This document shows positions 24,900 through 37,739 of a stretch of 64,000 nt of DNA, piece by piece. Position numbers and translations under genes: made by a program. Position 1 is the stretch's first letter, and each line of letters opens with the position of its first letter. The notes beneath the pieces were generated by a model that saw only the letters and a program-made list of their open reading frames with translations, did no database searches and was not told where the DNA came from. The stretch comes from Podarcis erhardii (taxonomy: Eukaryota). The stretch lies in assembly GCA_964252035.1 (NCBI GenBank), contig OZ176214.1; one strand, 5' to 3'.

Positions 24900-26040
24900 T
24901 TAGCCAACAGAGTCAAGGAGGCTGTTGGAGATAAGGCGGCTTTCTTCAAAAAATAAAAGTCTTGTTCAAAAAAAGAACACAATCTGTGGCAAAATAAATG
25001 CAGGCAGACAAAAAGAGATGCCAAAACAAATCTGAGAAGCACATCCTTAAAAGCATTAAGGCCATTTAAAAAAAAGTAAATTGGAAACAGGAAACTGGCT
25101 AACGAAGAGATCAGACCTTTGGATGACAAGGGAGTTAAAGGTGTGCTAAAGGAGGAAAAGGAAGTTTGATCTGTTACACTGTGGAAAACGTAGGGCAGAT
25201 CTTTGTGCCTGAACTAACTTTTTAAGGAAGGAGTCTGAGTAATTTGAGTGATAATGAGATTGTTCTAGGGCTTATTAACAAATGAAAAACAAATGAGGGG
25301 TCTTAACTGTGAAATTGCTGATCTTGTAACAAAAACAAACAAACAGGCAATGTCGCTAAGTTCAGCTTCCATACACAAAGATGGACAATGTAACAGCAGT
25401 TTGTTTAGAGCAGGGATGTCCAACTCCAAAGAGACTGCGATATACTCCCACTATAAACACACTGGCAGTGATCTACCCATTGGATTGACCAAAGTTGTTG
25501 AGCTTTTTTGGGGGAGGAAGACCAACAGTACAGTTGTTGAGCTTCTTCTGGGGACACTTCATCAAAGTTGCAATCTGCCGGTTGGACATCTCTGGTTTAC
25601 AGGAAACCAGGAAATTACAGGACTATTAAGATCTGTTGTGGGAAAACTGGTGGGAAGCATTATTAAAGACAGAAATACCAATAATATAGAGAAAGTGTTT
25701 CTGAAGCAGAACCAGCATGCCTTCTGCAAGCCTAAGTCCTGTCTGATTAACCTAGTAAGAGTTACTTGAGATGGGGTGATCCAGCTTTCAGTAATGTGGC
25801 TTATCAAAAATTCCCAAGTAAACTTAGCAGTAATGGGATAAGACAACAGGTCCGTCGTAGGTCAGGAATTGGTTAAGGAACAGGAAACAGATTTTACAAA
25901 GAAGAGAGGTAAGAAGTCCCTCCCCACCAAGGATCATTATTGGGACCTGTGCTCCTAAATGCAGGTGAGCACTGAGGTGGCCAGCTCGCTGATGACACAA
26001 AGCATAGGAAGAAGATAAAGTGATTGTGATGAACTCTAAA
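24900..26040 (+). mobile_element. Decayed CR1 LINE fragment with a hAT insertion
   Basis: LLRSVVGKLVGSIIKDR...KQNQHAFCKPKSCLINL is the start of CR1 RT. Confidence 0.7.
25411..25594. mobile_element. hAT MITE
   Basis: TIRs cagggatgtccaac / gttggacatctctg. TSD GTTTAGAG / GTTTACAG (7 of 8 match). Confidence 0.85.
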
Positions 26041-26194
26041 CTGGGTGAATTGGCATTAAAATTATTTTTATCGTCATTCTTCTTATTATTATAATCATCA
26101 TCATTTAGTTATTAATCGCCTTCTAAACCACAATGCCAAGGCAATATAAGATATATAAAATAATTAGAAACGGGTAAAAAAACAACAACAGATA

Positions 26195-26428
26195 CAGTGG
26201 AACCTCGGGTTACGTACCTTCCTCCTTATGAACGCTTAGGGTAACAAGCTCTGCTAATCCGGAAGTAGATTCTCCTGGTTGTGAACTTTGACCTAGGATG
26301 CGAGTGGAAGTTGTGTGCCGGCAGCAGCGGGAGGCCCCATTAGCGAAAGTGCGCCTCATGTTAAGAACGGTTGCGGGTTAAGAACGGACCTCCGGAATGA
26401 ATTAAGTTCGTAACCGGAGGTACCACTG
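26195..26428. mobile_element. Tc1/mariner MITE
   Basis: TA-cagtggaacctcgggttacg...cgtaaccggaggtaccactg-TA. Confidence 0.9.
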
Positions 26429-28680
26429 TATGTTTAAAACAAGACTAGAACCCCAGCAAGTGGGCACTTGTGATAAATACCCATTTATCCAGCTGGGAAA
26501 ACCTGTTTGAACAAAAAAGTCTTTGACTGTTTCTGAAAAGTGCTCATAGTGGGCTGTTGTATCTCAACAGGAATGCTATTCCACAGGGTAAGGGCAGCCA
26601 CACTAAAGCCCCGCTCCAGATTACCGTAGGGTGGGCTTCTGAGGCCTTTGGAGAAGCTCTCTCACAGACTGCAGTGATCCCCTTCGTTCTCCCAATTTCT
26701 GCATTTCCCCTCACATTATGAGTAATGGGCTTAGGCCACTGATTTGCATTTTGATATGCAACACTGGAAGATGCTTTAGCAAGTTGCATTGGTAAAAATG
26801 AAGCAAGTCTCATTCTCCTATGCAAATAGGCAGGTAATAGGGGAATGTGTTTGTGCATAGGAGCACAGAAGCAGTGAATTTATACACAAATTTCTGTTAT
26901 TGATTAAACCTTGTTCCCTCTCTATCCTCCTGTTTTTGAGTATTCCAGAAATTATGCGCAATATATTTCCCCCAACATTCTGAACAATGCACCTTTTTCA
27001 ACTGGGAAATCTCAGGCGCTGAATAGCTTTGGGGGTGCTTCATTTTGGTTTTTAAATTCAGTGTTCTTAGAGCTAGAAAATTTTGCCTTTTGGATTACCT
27101 GAAATGTTTAAGATTTGGCATTACTACTGCTCAGTGGCATTGTGAGCAACAGAGAGGGTTGAGTGCTAGCCATATGGAAAACAGCTGGATATACACAGCA
27201 AGAGGATAGGTGTGTTGGCACAGGGAAACAGACATGTGGGCACAATTCTTGCTGCTGTGCTTTCTTCTGCTTGGGAAGTATTCCTTGCTACTCAAGCTGT
27301 TTGTTCATCAGGGAGAATAATTTGGCCTGTGGATGTGATCTAGGCATCCAAAGCTACATGCTTATACCTTATTAAGCTGATCACAGCTGTTATCGAGGCT
27401 GATTTGGAAAGGGAGTGCGCATTGGGCATCTATCAGGGTGCATCAGTTATGAGCAGAGGCTGCTGTTACTGAAGTTACTTTCCTTAATAGGTATCCTGTA
27501 ACTAATGATATTGGGCTTCGCTACCAAGTGCCTTGGGCATTTTTGCCTTCTAAAGTGCACCTGTCAGATTTCTGCAGGGGGTGGTGTAAGCTTTGGTTTC
27601 CCTTGGTTGCAGGAATATTTGCTGGAATATGGCTTTTAGAAGAAGTGTATGTATGTGTGAGTAAGTGATGGTCAGAGTTCAGGGAGAGATTCCAAAATTG
27701 TATTTGCATATTGTGAAATGGAGTACCATTCAGATTGAGGGATTCATTTTAAGTGATCAAACCCTTCGTCTCCCACATGTTGGGAATTGTATAGGCCTTA
27801 ATACAGTGAGCCAGTATGTTTTATGGGCAGTTCTTTGTTGTGGCGGTGGTTGTTGTTATTACAAATGTTTTTCCCTGCTGGTTTAGGAGCAAGTAAATTC
27901 CAGGCCAGAAACTTGCCTGCAGCTATGTTGGAAAGGAGAACAAGAACATCTAATCCTGGAAAGGAAAAATGTTCAGTGTATTTTTCTTTCAGATAATAGT
28001 GCTAAGTGCTCAGCTGAAGGAAAATGTGATAGTTTTACTTCGTTTAGAATAAAATACAGTATAAATTGGCTGATGGCTTGATTTATGCATAAAAGTAATC
28101 TGATGGATGAGCAGGGCTAGAAAAATCCCTGGTGCCGTGTCACTATGACACTTAATAATAATTCTGACAATGGAACATGTCAAAGAGCATGGACTTGTGA
28201 GATTTTATTTATTTATTTTAAAATGTTTCTAAACTACTTGATATGTAAAAAATGTTTACATGGTATATAAGCAGTGCAAACATAAAAGCAGTAAAACAGT
28301 ATCATGTAAACCAGAGATAAAAATGGCATCAGGACTAGTTTTATAAAACAAGGAAAGCCTGTGCAAAAATATGTCTTAGCAAGATCTCTGAAGCAAGTAT
28401 TTGATGATGGTCAGATAATTGACCTATGGTCAAAGGAATGGCATTTCAAGGGGCTATAGCCGAAAATTCCCATTTTGGGATTGCTGCCAAATGATATTCT
28501 GTATGGTGCCATGAGTAAAATTTCCTCAGGTGACCAAAGTGTTTTGTTATGGGACCATACAGGGGCTGGTGGTCCTTCAGGAAACCTGATCCCAAGTTGT
28601 TGTACAAGGCTTTATATGTAAGTAACACGAACTCGAATATACTTTCATAGCTATTATGCAGCTAGTGTAGTTCCCTCAGC

Positions 28681-29088
28681 TTTGTTGTTGTTGTTGTTTA
28701 GTTGTTTAGTCGTGTCCGACTCTTCGTGACCCCCTGGACCAGAGCACGCCAGGCACTCCTGTCTTCCACTGCCTCCCGCAGTTTGGTCAAACTCATGCTG
28801 GTATCTTCGAGAACACTGTCCCACCATCTCGTCCTCAGTTGTCCCCTTCTCCTTGTACCCTCCATCATTCCCCACATCAGGGTCTTTTCCAGGGAGTCTT
28901 CTCTTCTCATGAGGTGGCCAAAGTCTTGGAGCCTCAGCTTCAGGATCTGTCCTTCCAGTGAGCACTCAGGGCTGATTTCCTTCAGAATGGAGAGGTTTGA
29001 TCTTCTTGCAGTCCATGGTTCTCTCAAGAGTCTCCTCCAACACCATAATTCAAAAGCATCAATTCTTCAGCGATCAGCCTTCTTTATG
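28681..29088 (-). mobile_element. 5'-truncated Bov-B (RTE) LINE
   Basis: ORF REPWTARRSNLSILKEISPECSLEGQILKLRLQ.FGHLMRREDSLEKTLM.G..EG.RRRG..R.RW.D...KSRTRLN is the Bov-B C-terminus. It has a (CAA)n tail and a 14-bp TSD GTAGTT(C/T)CTCAGC at 28667-28680 and 29089-29102. Confidence 0.92.
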
Positions 29089-29527
29089 GTAGTTCTCTCA
29101 GCACAGGTACTTAATTCAGCAACCCGCTGGTAGCATTCTGTACCAATTGCAGCTTCTGGAGCAATCTTGAGGGAAGCTCCACACAGAACTTGTTACAGTA
29201 GTTCAATACAGGAAAGAGCCAGTCCTCATCAGAGTTACTCATAAATAAACCCATTAGTGCCAGTAGCCCTTACAGTTTTGTGTGACTCAGTATAACAAAA
29301 TTGGTGCCTTGTGATGCAGTGTAATAGAGTAATGTTGCTTGGATATGCTTTGTTGATGTACCTTTGGGTGTATTTCTGCAAAATTGGAGCCATTATGGGG
29401 GTTAAATTAGTGGATTGAGTTTTGTGTTGTGCAGCTCAGCAGTTCTGATTATGGCCATACAATTTAACTTCTGGTTGTACAGTGTTGGGAGCTGCATTAT
29501 TAATTGTGTCATAGTAGAACCCCTATA

Positions 29528-29880
29528 GGGACGCAGGTGGCGTTGTGGTCTAAACCACAGAGCCTAGGGCTTGCCGATCGGAAGGTTGGCGGTTCGAATC
29601 CCCACGACAGGGTGAGATCCCGTTGCTCGGTCCCTGCTCCTGCCCACCTAGCAGTTCGAAAGCACACCAAAAAGTTCAAGTAGATAAATAGGTATTGCTC
29701 CAGCGGGAAGGTAAATGGCATTTCCGTGCGCTGCTCTGGTTCGCCAGAAGTGGCTTAGTCATGCTGGCCACATGACCCAGAAGCTGTATGCCAGCTCCCT
29801 CGGCCTATAGAGCAAGATGAGTGTGCAACCCTAGAGTCGTCTGCAACTGGACTTAACGGTCAGGGGTACCTTTACCTTTA
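29528..29880 (+). mobile_element. Full-length Sauria SINE
   Basis: gggacgcaggtggcgttgtggtctaaaccac... to ...cctttaccttta, with a short direct repeat tagaacc on each side. Confidence 0.9.
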
Positions 29881-30769
29881 GAACCTCTGTAATTTTCTTC
29901 ATAGCGTTGAACAGGGTTGCTTCTGCCAAATACTGCTGGTGTACAAACAGGTGGATATATGTTTTTTTATGAGTCTGGTAGGGTGTGAAGATGCAAGCAT
30001 AAAAATCCAGCCTCTGTATTGAGTAGGGTTTATAGGCCCACTTTCCCTCTTACATCAATGATAGCAAGCAGAAAACTTTCCTCTGAGTTGCTCCATAATT
30101 CATTTCACTCATCAACTTGATTTAACAGCCATCAAAGGCTTTATTTGCAGTTACAAATGAAAGAAGTCAGATTTGGAATTCTGAATTTGGAACTATATCA
30201 CTATGCTTATTTACTGTCAAAAACTAAATATTGAAAACCTGGTCTTAATTTTCAGACATGGGCAACCCTAGAATACACACATATAGTACCTTTGGTTGGT
30301 TGGATAATACAGTACTAGGATTAAAATATTCAAAATCCCAGATGATTCTGGAAGCAGTTGTTAGACAACAATAGTTATTAGACAACATATTCCATATCCT
30401 TCTAATTGAATTAGTTAATTAGAAGGATATGGAATAGGTTGTCTAATAAAAACAAATTTGATGCATTCTCACATGCCAAAATTACTTTGTGGGGAAACCC
30501 CAATCTAAAAATCGGCTGAAAGCAGGTACATTGACTTTGAAACAATGGATCAATAAGGAAGATTAATTTTATACCTGTGCTGTTTTAAGACAAAAATATC
30601 ATCTATCAGCTGTGGCCCAATGGCAATATCTTCAGTTACAATGTCTCCTAACATGTTTGTTTGGGCCAGCAGCATTTCAGCTTCCAAGGCACCTAAGATA
30701 CTGGAGCAATTGAACAATTTGTTTGAAACTAAAAAAACCAGTGATTACTTTTTATAGATATTTATTAAG

Positions 30770-31790
30770 AATAAATAAGTTCAATATGCAGACTTTAATA
30801 AATAATTGGAATAAAGAATTGGAACTTTCAGTATTACCCAGACAGTTGAAAATGTTTTACCCGTGATACCAAAGGTATCAGGGAACTTTACATTAAGACT
30901 TACACAACAAAAAATAATATCCAGAATTTATTGGACTCCTTTATGTTTGTATATTGAATCCCCGCGACGGGGTGAGCTCCCACTGCTTGGTCCTTGCTCC
31001 TGCCAACCTAGCAGTTCGAAAGCACGTCAAAGTGCAAGTAGATAAATAGGTACCGCTCCGGGGGGAAGGTTAACGGCGTTTCCGTGCCCTGCTCTGGTTC
31101 ACCAGAAGAATCTTAGTCATGCTGGCCACATGACCCGGAAGCTGTGTGCCAGCTCCCTCGGCCAATAAAGCGAGATGAGCGCCACAACCCCAGAGTCGGC
31201 CACGACTGGACCTAATGGTCAGGGGTCCCTTTACCTTTACCTTTATGTTTGTATAAAAAGGGCTATGTTGGAGGTGTAGCAAGGACAGTGCCTCTTTGAA
31301 ATATACATGTGTACAATGTTCTTTACTTGTTAAGTTTTGGAAGAAAGTGCTGGACTGTGTGACTACAGAAAAAGTTAAAACTTTCATCGAAGAATATTCT
31401 TTTTAATTATATACCCATTGTATGGAAGTTCTATGCGCCCTTATGGTGGCCAAGAGACTGATACTGATGAATTGGAAGAATAAAGATATTATGCCCTTTA
31501 ATCAATGGGTTGACAATATGACAACACTTGCAACTTATGAATGGACTGTTTATAGCTGTAGACTTTGCTTGGATAAATATGACATTTGGAATGAGTTTAT
31601 ACAGAATGTAGTAGGCTATTAATACCTACATATATGTTAGGATAATAACATATATTTATATAAGAATGTATTTGAGTATATACATTGTATTTTTGTATTT
31701 GTTTCTACACATTTTCTCTCTTTATTTCCTTATTTTTCTCTTTTTTCCTTTTCTTTATGACTGAAATTCTTTCAATAAAAGAGTAATACT
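30770..31790 (+). mobile_element. L1-like LINE 3' fragment interrupted by a SINE
   Basis: CWRC..FW and ALMVAKRLILMNWKNK..P.NQW match the L1 ORF2 C-terminus. An AT-rich 3' UTR with AATAAA follows. Confidence 0.7.
30954..31239 (+). mobile_element. 5'-truncated Sauria SINE
   Basis: Family match plus a perfect 16-bp TSD CCTTTATGTTTGTATA (30938-30953, 31240-31255). Confidence 0.92.
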
Positions 31791-32015
31791 AAAAAATAAT
31801 TATTATTTTTTTAATTAGACAGTCAGTTAAGCCAGAACTGCTTCACCTTAGAATTTCTGGAAATGTCACCCTTAAAGAATAGTGCCGGAAGCTTTCCCCT
31901 TTGCATCATTTGCATTTATTAGCAGTGGCGATTAGAACATACTATCTTGTTAACCAGCCTGCCTTTTCAGAAACTACACTTACTACTCTATGATAAAATT
32001 CCCCAGGACCTATCT

Positions 32016-32524
32016 CAGAGCTTTCCAAACTGTGTGTCACGACACATTAGTGCAGGGGTAGGCAACCTAGGGCCCATAGGCCACAAGTGGCCCACGGGGG
32101 TTGTTTAACTGGCCCATGAGCAACCCCCCGAACTGAGCCACTCGCTTGGCAAGTCCCCGCGTGCTGCGCTAAACCAGCGCAGCACGGGGACTCGCTTCCA
32201 CAGTGCCGGAAATTGCATCTACGCAGGCACCGGAAATCATGTCGACGCAGACGCCAGAGATCACGGGCACACAGGTGATCCCGCCCATGGAGGGATCTCC
32301 GCTGGAGTGAACCATCCCAGGCGAGGTACACCTCAGCCAATCCCTGCATTAGTGTGTCGGCTGCAGTGTGTAGGTGTGTCATGTGAATGCTCCCAGCACT
32401 CCTCCTGGAGATGGAAAGGGGTTAGTTTCACCGTCGGTTTGCTAGTAAAACTGAATTACTATGTCGTGAAGTGATGTATGTCTAAAAAAGCATGTAACCA
32501 ACATGAAAAGTTTGGATAGCTCTG
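32016..32524. mobile_element. hAT MITE (same family as 8828-9036) carrying a nested second hAT MITE at 32053-32346
   Basis: Outer TIRs cagagctttccaaac / gtttggatagctctg with TSD acctatct/gcctgtct. The inner element starts caggggtaggcaacc and ends ccctg, with a perfect TSD CATTAGTG. Confidence 0.88.
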
Positions 32525-32639
32525 GCCTGTCTCTTTTTAAGTTTCTTGGAAATAACAAAGGAAATACTCTGGCTTTGCAATCATGTCTGCAGTTATTTCT
32601 AACCTATTAGCAATCATAATAACCCACCTTGCTGTATGT

Positions 32640-32940
32640 ACAAAGTTTAATCATTGAGTTGCGTCCAGCGTCCTGAATTAAAAGCAAAATATATTCTACT
32701 TTACCAAAGGCTTCAAGCACAGCTTGTTTTCCCTCCTCCAGGCCATCACTGTGTCCTGGAACTGGTCCAGGGCTTTCACAGTCTCTCCTGATTTAGATGT
32801 TATGGAGGAATAGAGTTGAGTGTTAATAGCATACTGATGGAGTTTTGCCCCCAGACACCCAAAGAACGCTCCCAGCAGCTTCTTATAGATACTAAACAGC
32901 ATTGAGGATAAAATAGTGTTGTGTGGCAACCCATAGTGTA
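32640..32940 (-). mobile_element. Old L2 RT fragment
   Basis: ILSSMLFSIY.K.LG......GA..HQYA.NTQLY...ENKL.L.P is a decayed RT domain 4-6 (the QYADDTQLY region). Confidence 0.8.
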
Positions 32941-34719
32941 ATTGCCAGGTAACAGATGCTACGCTCTCCCAAGGCTACCCTCTAGTCCTATTGACAGGAC
33001 TGGGGCCACTGTAACATGGGGTCCCCAATTCCCATTCCAGAGAGCTGGTCCAGGAGGATGCCATGGTCATCAAAAGCAGCGAAGAGCAGGAGCAATGTCA
33101 CACTCCCCTTTGTCCTGCTTACTGTAAGGGTCATCCATCAAAGTGACTTGTCGCATGGCCAGCCCTTAACCCAGATTGGAATGAATCTAAATAATCTAGA
33201 TACGTGGATTATAATCTACAGTGGTAAAACATCTGCTTTGAATGCCAAAGACCCCTGGTAGGGTTGGGAAAAGGCTCAATCCTGAATCCCGGAAGAGTCA
33301 CTGCTTATCAGTGTAGACAATACTTATCTAATGAATGGCAGTAGTGGACCAGTGGTCTGACTCTGAATAAGGCAGCTTTCTATAGTGTGTCTACTTTAAA
33401 AGTAAAGATAGTGCAGTCTATTGATTCTCTTGCTCAGGGTAGGGTAGTTTTTTCACCAGCAGAAGTAGGTATCTGTCTGCAACTTGCTGCCTTGCCTCTT
33501 GTGAGTTTTGCTCTGATCTACCTATAGCATGTTTTCCCAGCATCCCAGAATAGCTGCTAGTTTTGAGCAGGACAGTGTGTCCCTTGGGTGTCAGCAAGAA
33601 TCAGTGTTGGTATCATGTGAGCTGACACATATCACTTTTCAAAACTGATATTTTGTCGTTACTCCTTCCAAAGCTTTGCAAGCAAAGATGCTTTGAAACA
33701 AGTAGCCAAACTGAATTACTTGTGGCAGCTGTACTGTCCTGAGCTGCTAATGGCTGTCTCTGATCTTTCATAAGAGGCAAGCACACCTTGTCTTCCCTGC
33801 AGCACCCAAAGAATCATGAGCCTATCAGAAGCATGTGTGCTCTCCATGTGTGTGTTGCTGACAGACTGAGCTTCACAGTTCAGAAAGGAGCCTGTTTCTG
33901 TTTGGGATAACTCATGGCTCAGTGCCTGTGAGGAAGTCACCTTAAACTAGAACAGCAGGAATGTGCCATTTGGAATTCTTGTACTTTAATTCTTGTACTT
34001 TAGTATGAAATTTATACCGTTCACAAATAAAAAGCCAAGGGTTAATTCTGACAAATATTAAAACATCCCTGTGCAATTTGTATAGCTTTTATGAAATGTT
34101 CTATATCAGAAATCCCATTCATGGTGCTCTTTGAGAAGTGTGTTTTTCAAAGGAGGACTGTCTAGTTGTACGCAGAAAACCCACAAACTGCTGCAATACC
34201 TAAAACAGTGTGGATGGTGATAAAATGCTGACACCTCCAAAGAACTGAGAAATACCACAAACATCCTTGCAAATTACATATGGCTGTTGATTTCTCAGTT
34301 TCTTCAATTCAGCCAGTCACCTGCTTCCTTTCCTTCTCCTGTGTACTTTCAGAGCCGTGCATTATTCATTGTCTGGTAATCTCTAGCCCTTTACTTCAGG
34401 TTTAACCAAACAATTGTAACAGGACCGGATTTTACTCCTACCCATTCCCAGCAATTGCAGTGTTTACCAAATTCTCTTTTACATATTGACTCAGTTTCTA
34501 AAACAGGGAGAAGAAGTGTTTTTTGAGAAATGCTACCCTGTAAATGTGATGTCATTACTAGTGAATAAGTAAGAGAAGAAGTTAGTGAAACTGATAGCTG
34601 TTCATATTGTTGTCTAGTGGGAGAAGTTGCAGCTTGATTGCTTTGTAGGCTGGAGTTCTGTGCTTCTTGTCTGTGGGTTTTGTGTTCCTTTTCACTCCTT
34701 TTATTCCCCCCCCCCTTGG

Positions 34720-34990
34720 AATCAATTTTATTGGTGCTGATAGAGAAAAATACAAAACTTAATATGAAATATTCTCCCTTTTTTGATCTAAATACAATAA
34801 GAACATAAAGAGAAGGAGGGGGGAGTAAAGGAATAAAGAAAATGAAAGAGAAATAAAGAAATAGAAATAGAAAAGAGGTTAGCTGAGAGAGAAAGAGAAA
34901 AAAAAATCAGAAGGTAAGGGACTTCCGATTCTTCATCTGTCCGCTATAAACAACGTTCATTTCATCCACTCCAATATAAGATCCAACAAA
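34720..34990 (-). mobile_element. L1-like 3' UTR fragment
   Basis: Composition and the ggacttccga motif resemble the other L1 3' ends in this window. Confidence 0.4.
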
Positions 34991-34999
34991 GCAGCTAGA

Positions 35000-35450
35000 T
35001 TTCTCCACAAACCTTCCCCTCTGCAGGGAGGTGGAGCTGATTTGGATGGCCCACCCCCGCCACTTAACAGAGCCAAATGGTTTCCAGAGAGTAGTAGGGG
35101 ATGTTTTATCCCATGTTGATGTCCTTTCAGCTGATTCCCTGGAATGCAGAGTTAACCAGGGCTATCACCGTCTGGCTCCAAAGCGCCATCTCCAGTTGCA
35201 TGGAGCCCAGATGGCCCCACAGTTTTCCATGAAGCTGAAGGCAATGAAACAATTGCAAAGTTGGCTAGAGCGCCAGGGTGAAAAACTTGTTCTGAACCGA
35301 ACACGGGTTAGAGCTCAACGTTGAGCCTACCAAGTGGCGATAGCTACGGGGAAGAGGACCTTCTTCACCACCTGTATTTCATCTGTGGAAAACGGTACCA
35401 GGAGACTCTTTCAGGTGGTTTGTAGTCTAACAGAACCACTTTTGCCATCA
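35000..35450 (+). mobile_element. L2 ORF2 fragment (EN-RT linker)
   Basis: APQFSMKLKAMKQLQSWLERQ..., followed by ...RRLFQVV.SL in another frame. Confidence 0.6.
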
Positions 35451-35768
35451 CTCTAGTTGCAGTGTGTAGTGTTTTCCAAGCAGGCATTCTGATTGTCTTC
35501 TCTCTAGTCACCCAGCTGTGGACTCTGGACTGCCTTTGAGTTTTATCAGCACAAAGCTGCTTGGATTTTTTTTGGAGGAACTTCAGAAATGGTATTAGTG
35601 CTCTAGTCTCTGCTTTAAAAACAAACAAAACTATTGTGGCTGTGGAACCTCAGCTTGGCAGCTATCCTAAAAAACTGCAGTTCTGTGGTTATCCTTAAAG
35701 TGCCGCAAAACTTGGTTCTTGCTACAAACAGCTAACATGGCTCTTTCCTTCTAGAATGTCTCCCTCTC

Positions 35769-35799
<31 letters not shown>

Positions 35800-37099
35800 A
35801 TACAGTATAAAACATCCAAATCCATAATCCAAAAAGTGACCAGCATAAAGCTAAAAATACTATAAGAAAAATCAAATGGCACAATTTTTTGCAGCCCATG
35901 TTGAAACCAAAGCCTAAAGGCAGCAGAGAAGAGATGGTTTTTGAAGCCTACAGTCCAGGGTTGGGGCTGTAGAATGATACCCCACAATTAATTTAAATTC
36001 TTTCTTTTAGTTAGCTTTTGTCATACACTGTATGAAGTCAAATATTTAATGTCAGTGCTTTACAGACTTGTTCCTGGGGAGAATTACTAAGTGTCCCTAA
36101 TGTTACTGCTGCTTCCCTCTTGATCCTGACTGCCTCTGGAGACTTTTATTTCTAGAAAGGAATTTACAGAAGCCTGGGGAATATTTCCCACTGCTGGGAA
36201 GCTGTAGATGCTTCTCTGGGATTTGGGGTCATATCTTCCAGCTGCCTCGGCAGTGTACTTTGGAAGTGTCATGCTTGGATCTTTGCACCGACTGATAAGG
36301 GGAAGTGTCTTCATGGTGCAATGAAGTTCACCTGGCAGTGGCATGCGCATGACAGGGTAGTGGCAAGTGGGAAGAATCCAAGTTGACATAAGCATTGTAG
36401 CTAGAATGTGTCGTGTTGCAAGTTAGTTTTATGAAGGACTTGCAATTACAAGCATCTGTGAGCAACTCATGTTTAACATCAGTCATAACACAACTCTCTC
36501 TGGGTTGCGTCATTCTGGTACCACAGAATTGTCACAGGTTTGCTCACAGCTAAAGTTGGCAGTATTACTTTCTTCTTCTTTGAGCCAGAAGAGGATAACA
36601 TGGACCACATCTGCTATTATATTTCATGAATGTAACCATAGAAGAAGATCCAGTCATTGTAGCCTAATCTCCATATGTTTAGACTGTCACATGGGTTTTT
36701 TTTAATGGTCAAAAAAGTAATGTTTGGTGTTCTTTCATTTTCTGCATTATCTCCTCAGACAGGAATTTGCATTTGCCTTTGTTGACAGCTGTAACAATTA
36801 TATATAAGCAGTTGCACTTAAATAAGGGTTTTGTGGAATAATTAAAAATGGCAAACTTTTGCTTCTGTGACATTCAGAAGAATGTGCAAGTTTGTATTGA
36901 AATATTAGATGCTTGCTATGCCTTGCTTCTCTCTTACTGTGCTTGGAATATAGTGAGTGTCCTCAACCTCTCATGTCCTTATGTGGACAAGGTGGAAGGT
37001 CCTGGGTCAGTATTCTGTGAAAATGTGTGACAAACTGGTACTTATCTTTCTATGGTCTCCCTTCCCTCTTGTGATGGTAAAAGTGGCCCAGTCCCCATA

Positions 37100-37351
37100 T
37101 CCTTTGGGGATAAATACACTTCAGGATAAGTATTTTCGTGTTGTGCCCCACAGCAACCCGGAAGTAATGGAGCGCGTTACTTCCGGGTTTCGCCGTTTGT
37201 GCATGCGCAGATGGTCAAAATGACGTCACGCGCATGCATGGAAGCGGCGAAACGCGACCTGCGCACACACAGACGCGCAGTCGCATCTTACGTTCTGTTC
37301 AGGATACGAATGGGGCTCTGGAACGGATCCCGCTCGCATCCCGAGGTACCA
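37100..37351. mobile_element. Tc1/mariner MITE remnant, CpG-rich, one TIR retained
   Basis: Ends ...gcatcccgaggtacca, the right TIR of the cagtggtacctcggg family. The left TIR is not recognisable. Confidence 0.65.
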
Positions 37352-37739
37352 TTTATTGCACACCTGCGTGGCTGTGCGCACACAAAGGATCCCAGGAAAC
37401 ATGGGGCCTGGGTGCTAGCAGCAGCTATAAGCAGTGAAGGACAAAAGGGAGAGAATGGCAGTGAGAGAGGAAGAGGCAGACGTTTCTGCTAGCTTCTTTA
37501 TCAAGAATATGGTCCTTGTGGGATGTAGAGCTTGTGATACTGGTCAGATAATTGCCTGTGATGGGGGGACAGGGAAGAACTGTTCAAATGTGAAGTTGTA
37601 TGGATATCACCAGAGAATAGTGACATTTACTGGCTCTTCCTGCTAATCCGCTTGAGTTCAGCCATGTAGGTGCCTTTTGCTTTGACACAGGTGTATTCTT
37701 GGTTCCACAGAGCTTAAAGGCAAAGTCTGGAATGTTACT

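Noticed and set aside
26742-26827. Two octamer motifs (ATTTGCAT, ATGCAAAT) 78 bp apart
   Set aside because: Several octamers are expected by chance in 64 kb of AT-rich DNA, and others occur at 10228 and 27702. This is too weak without conservation data.
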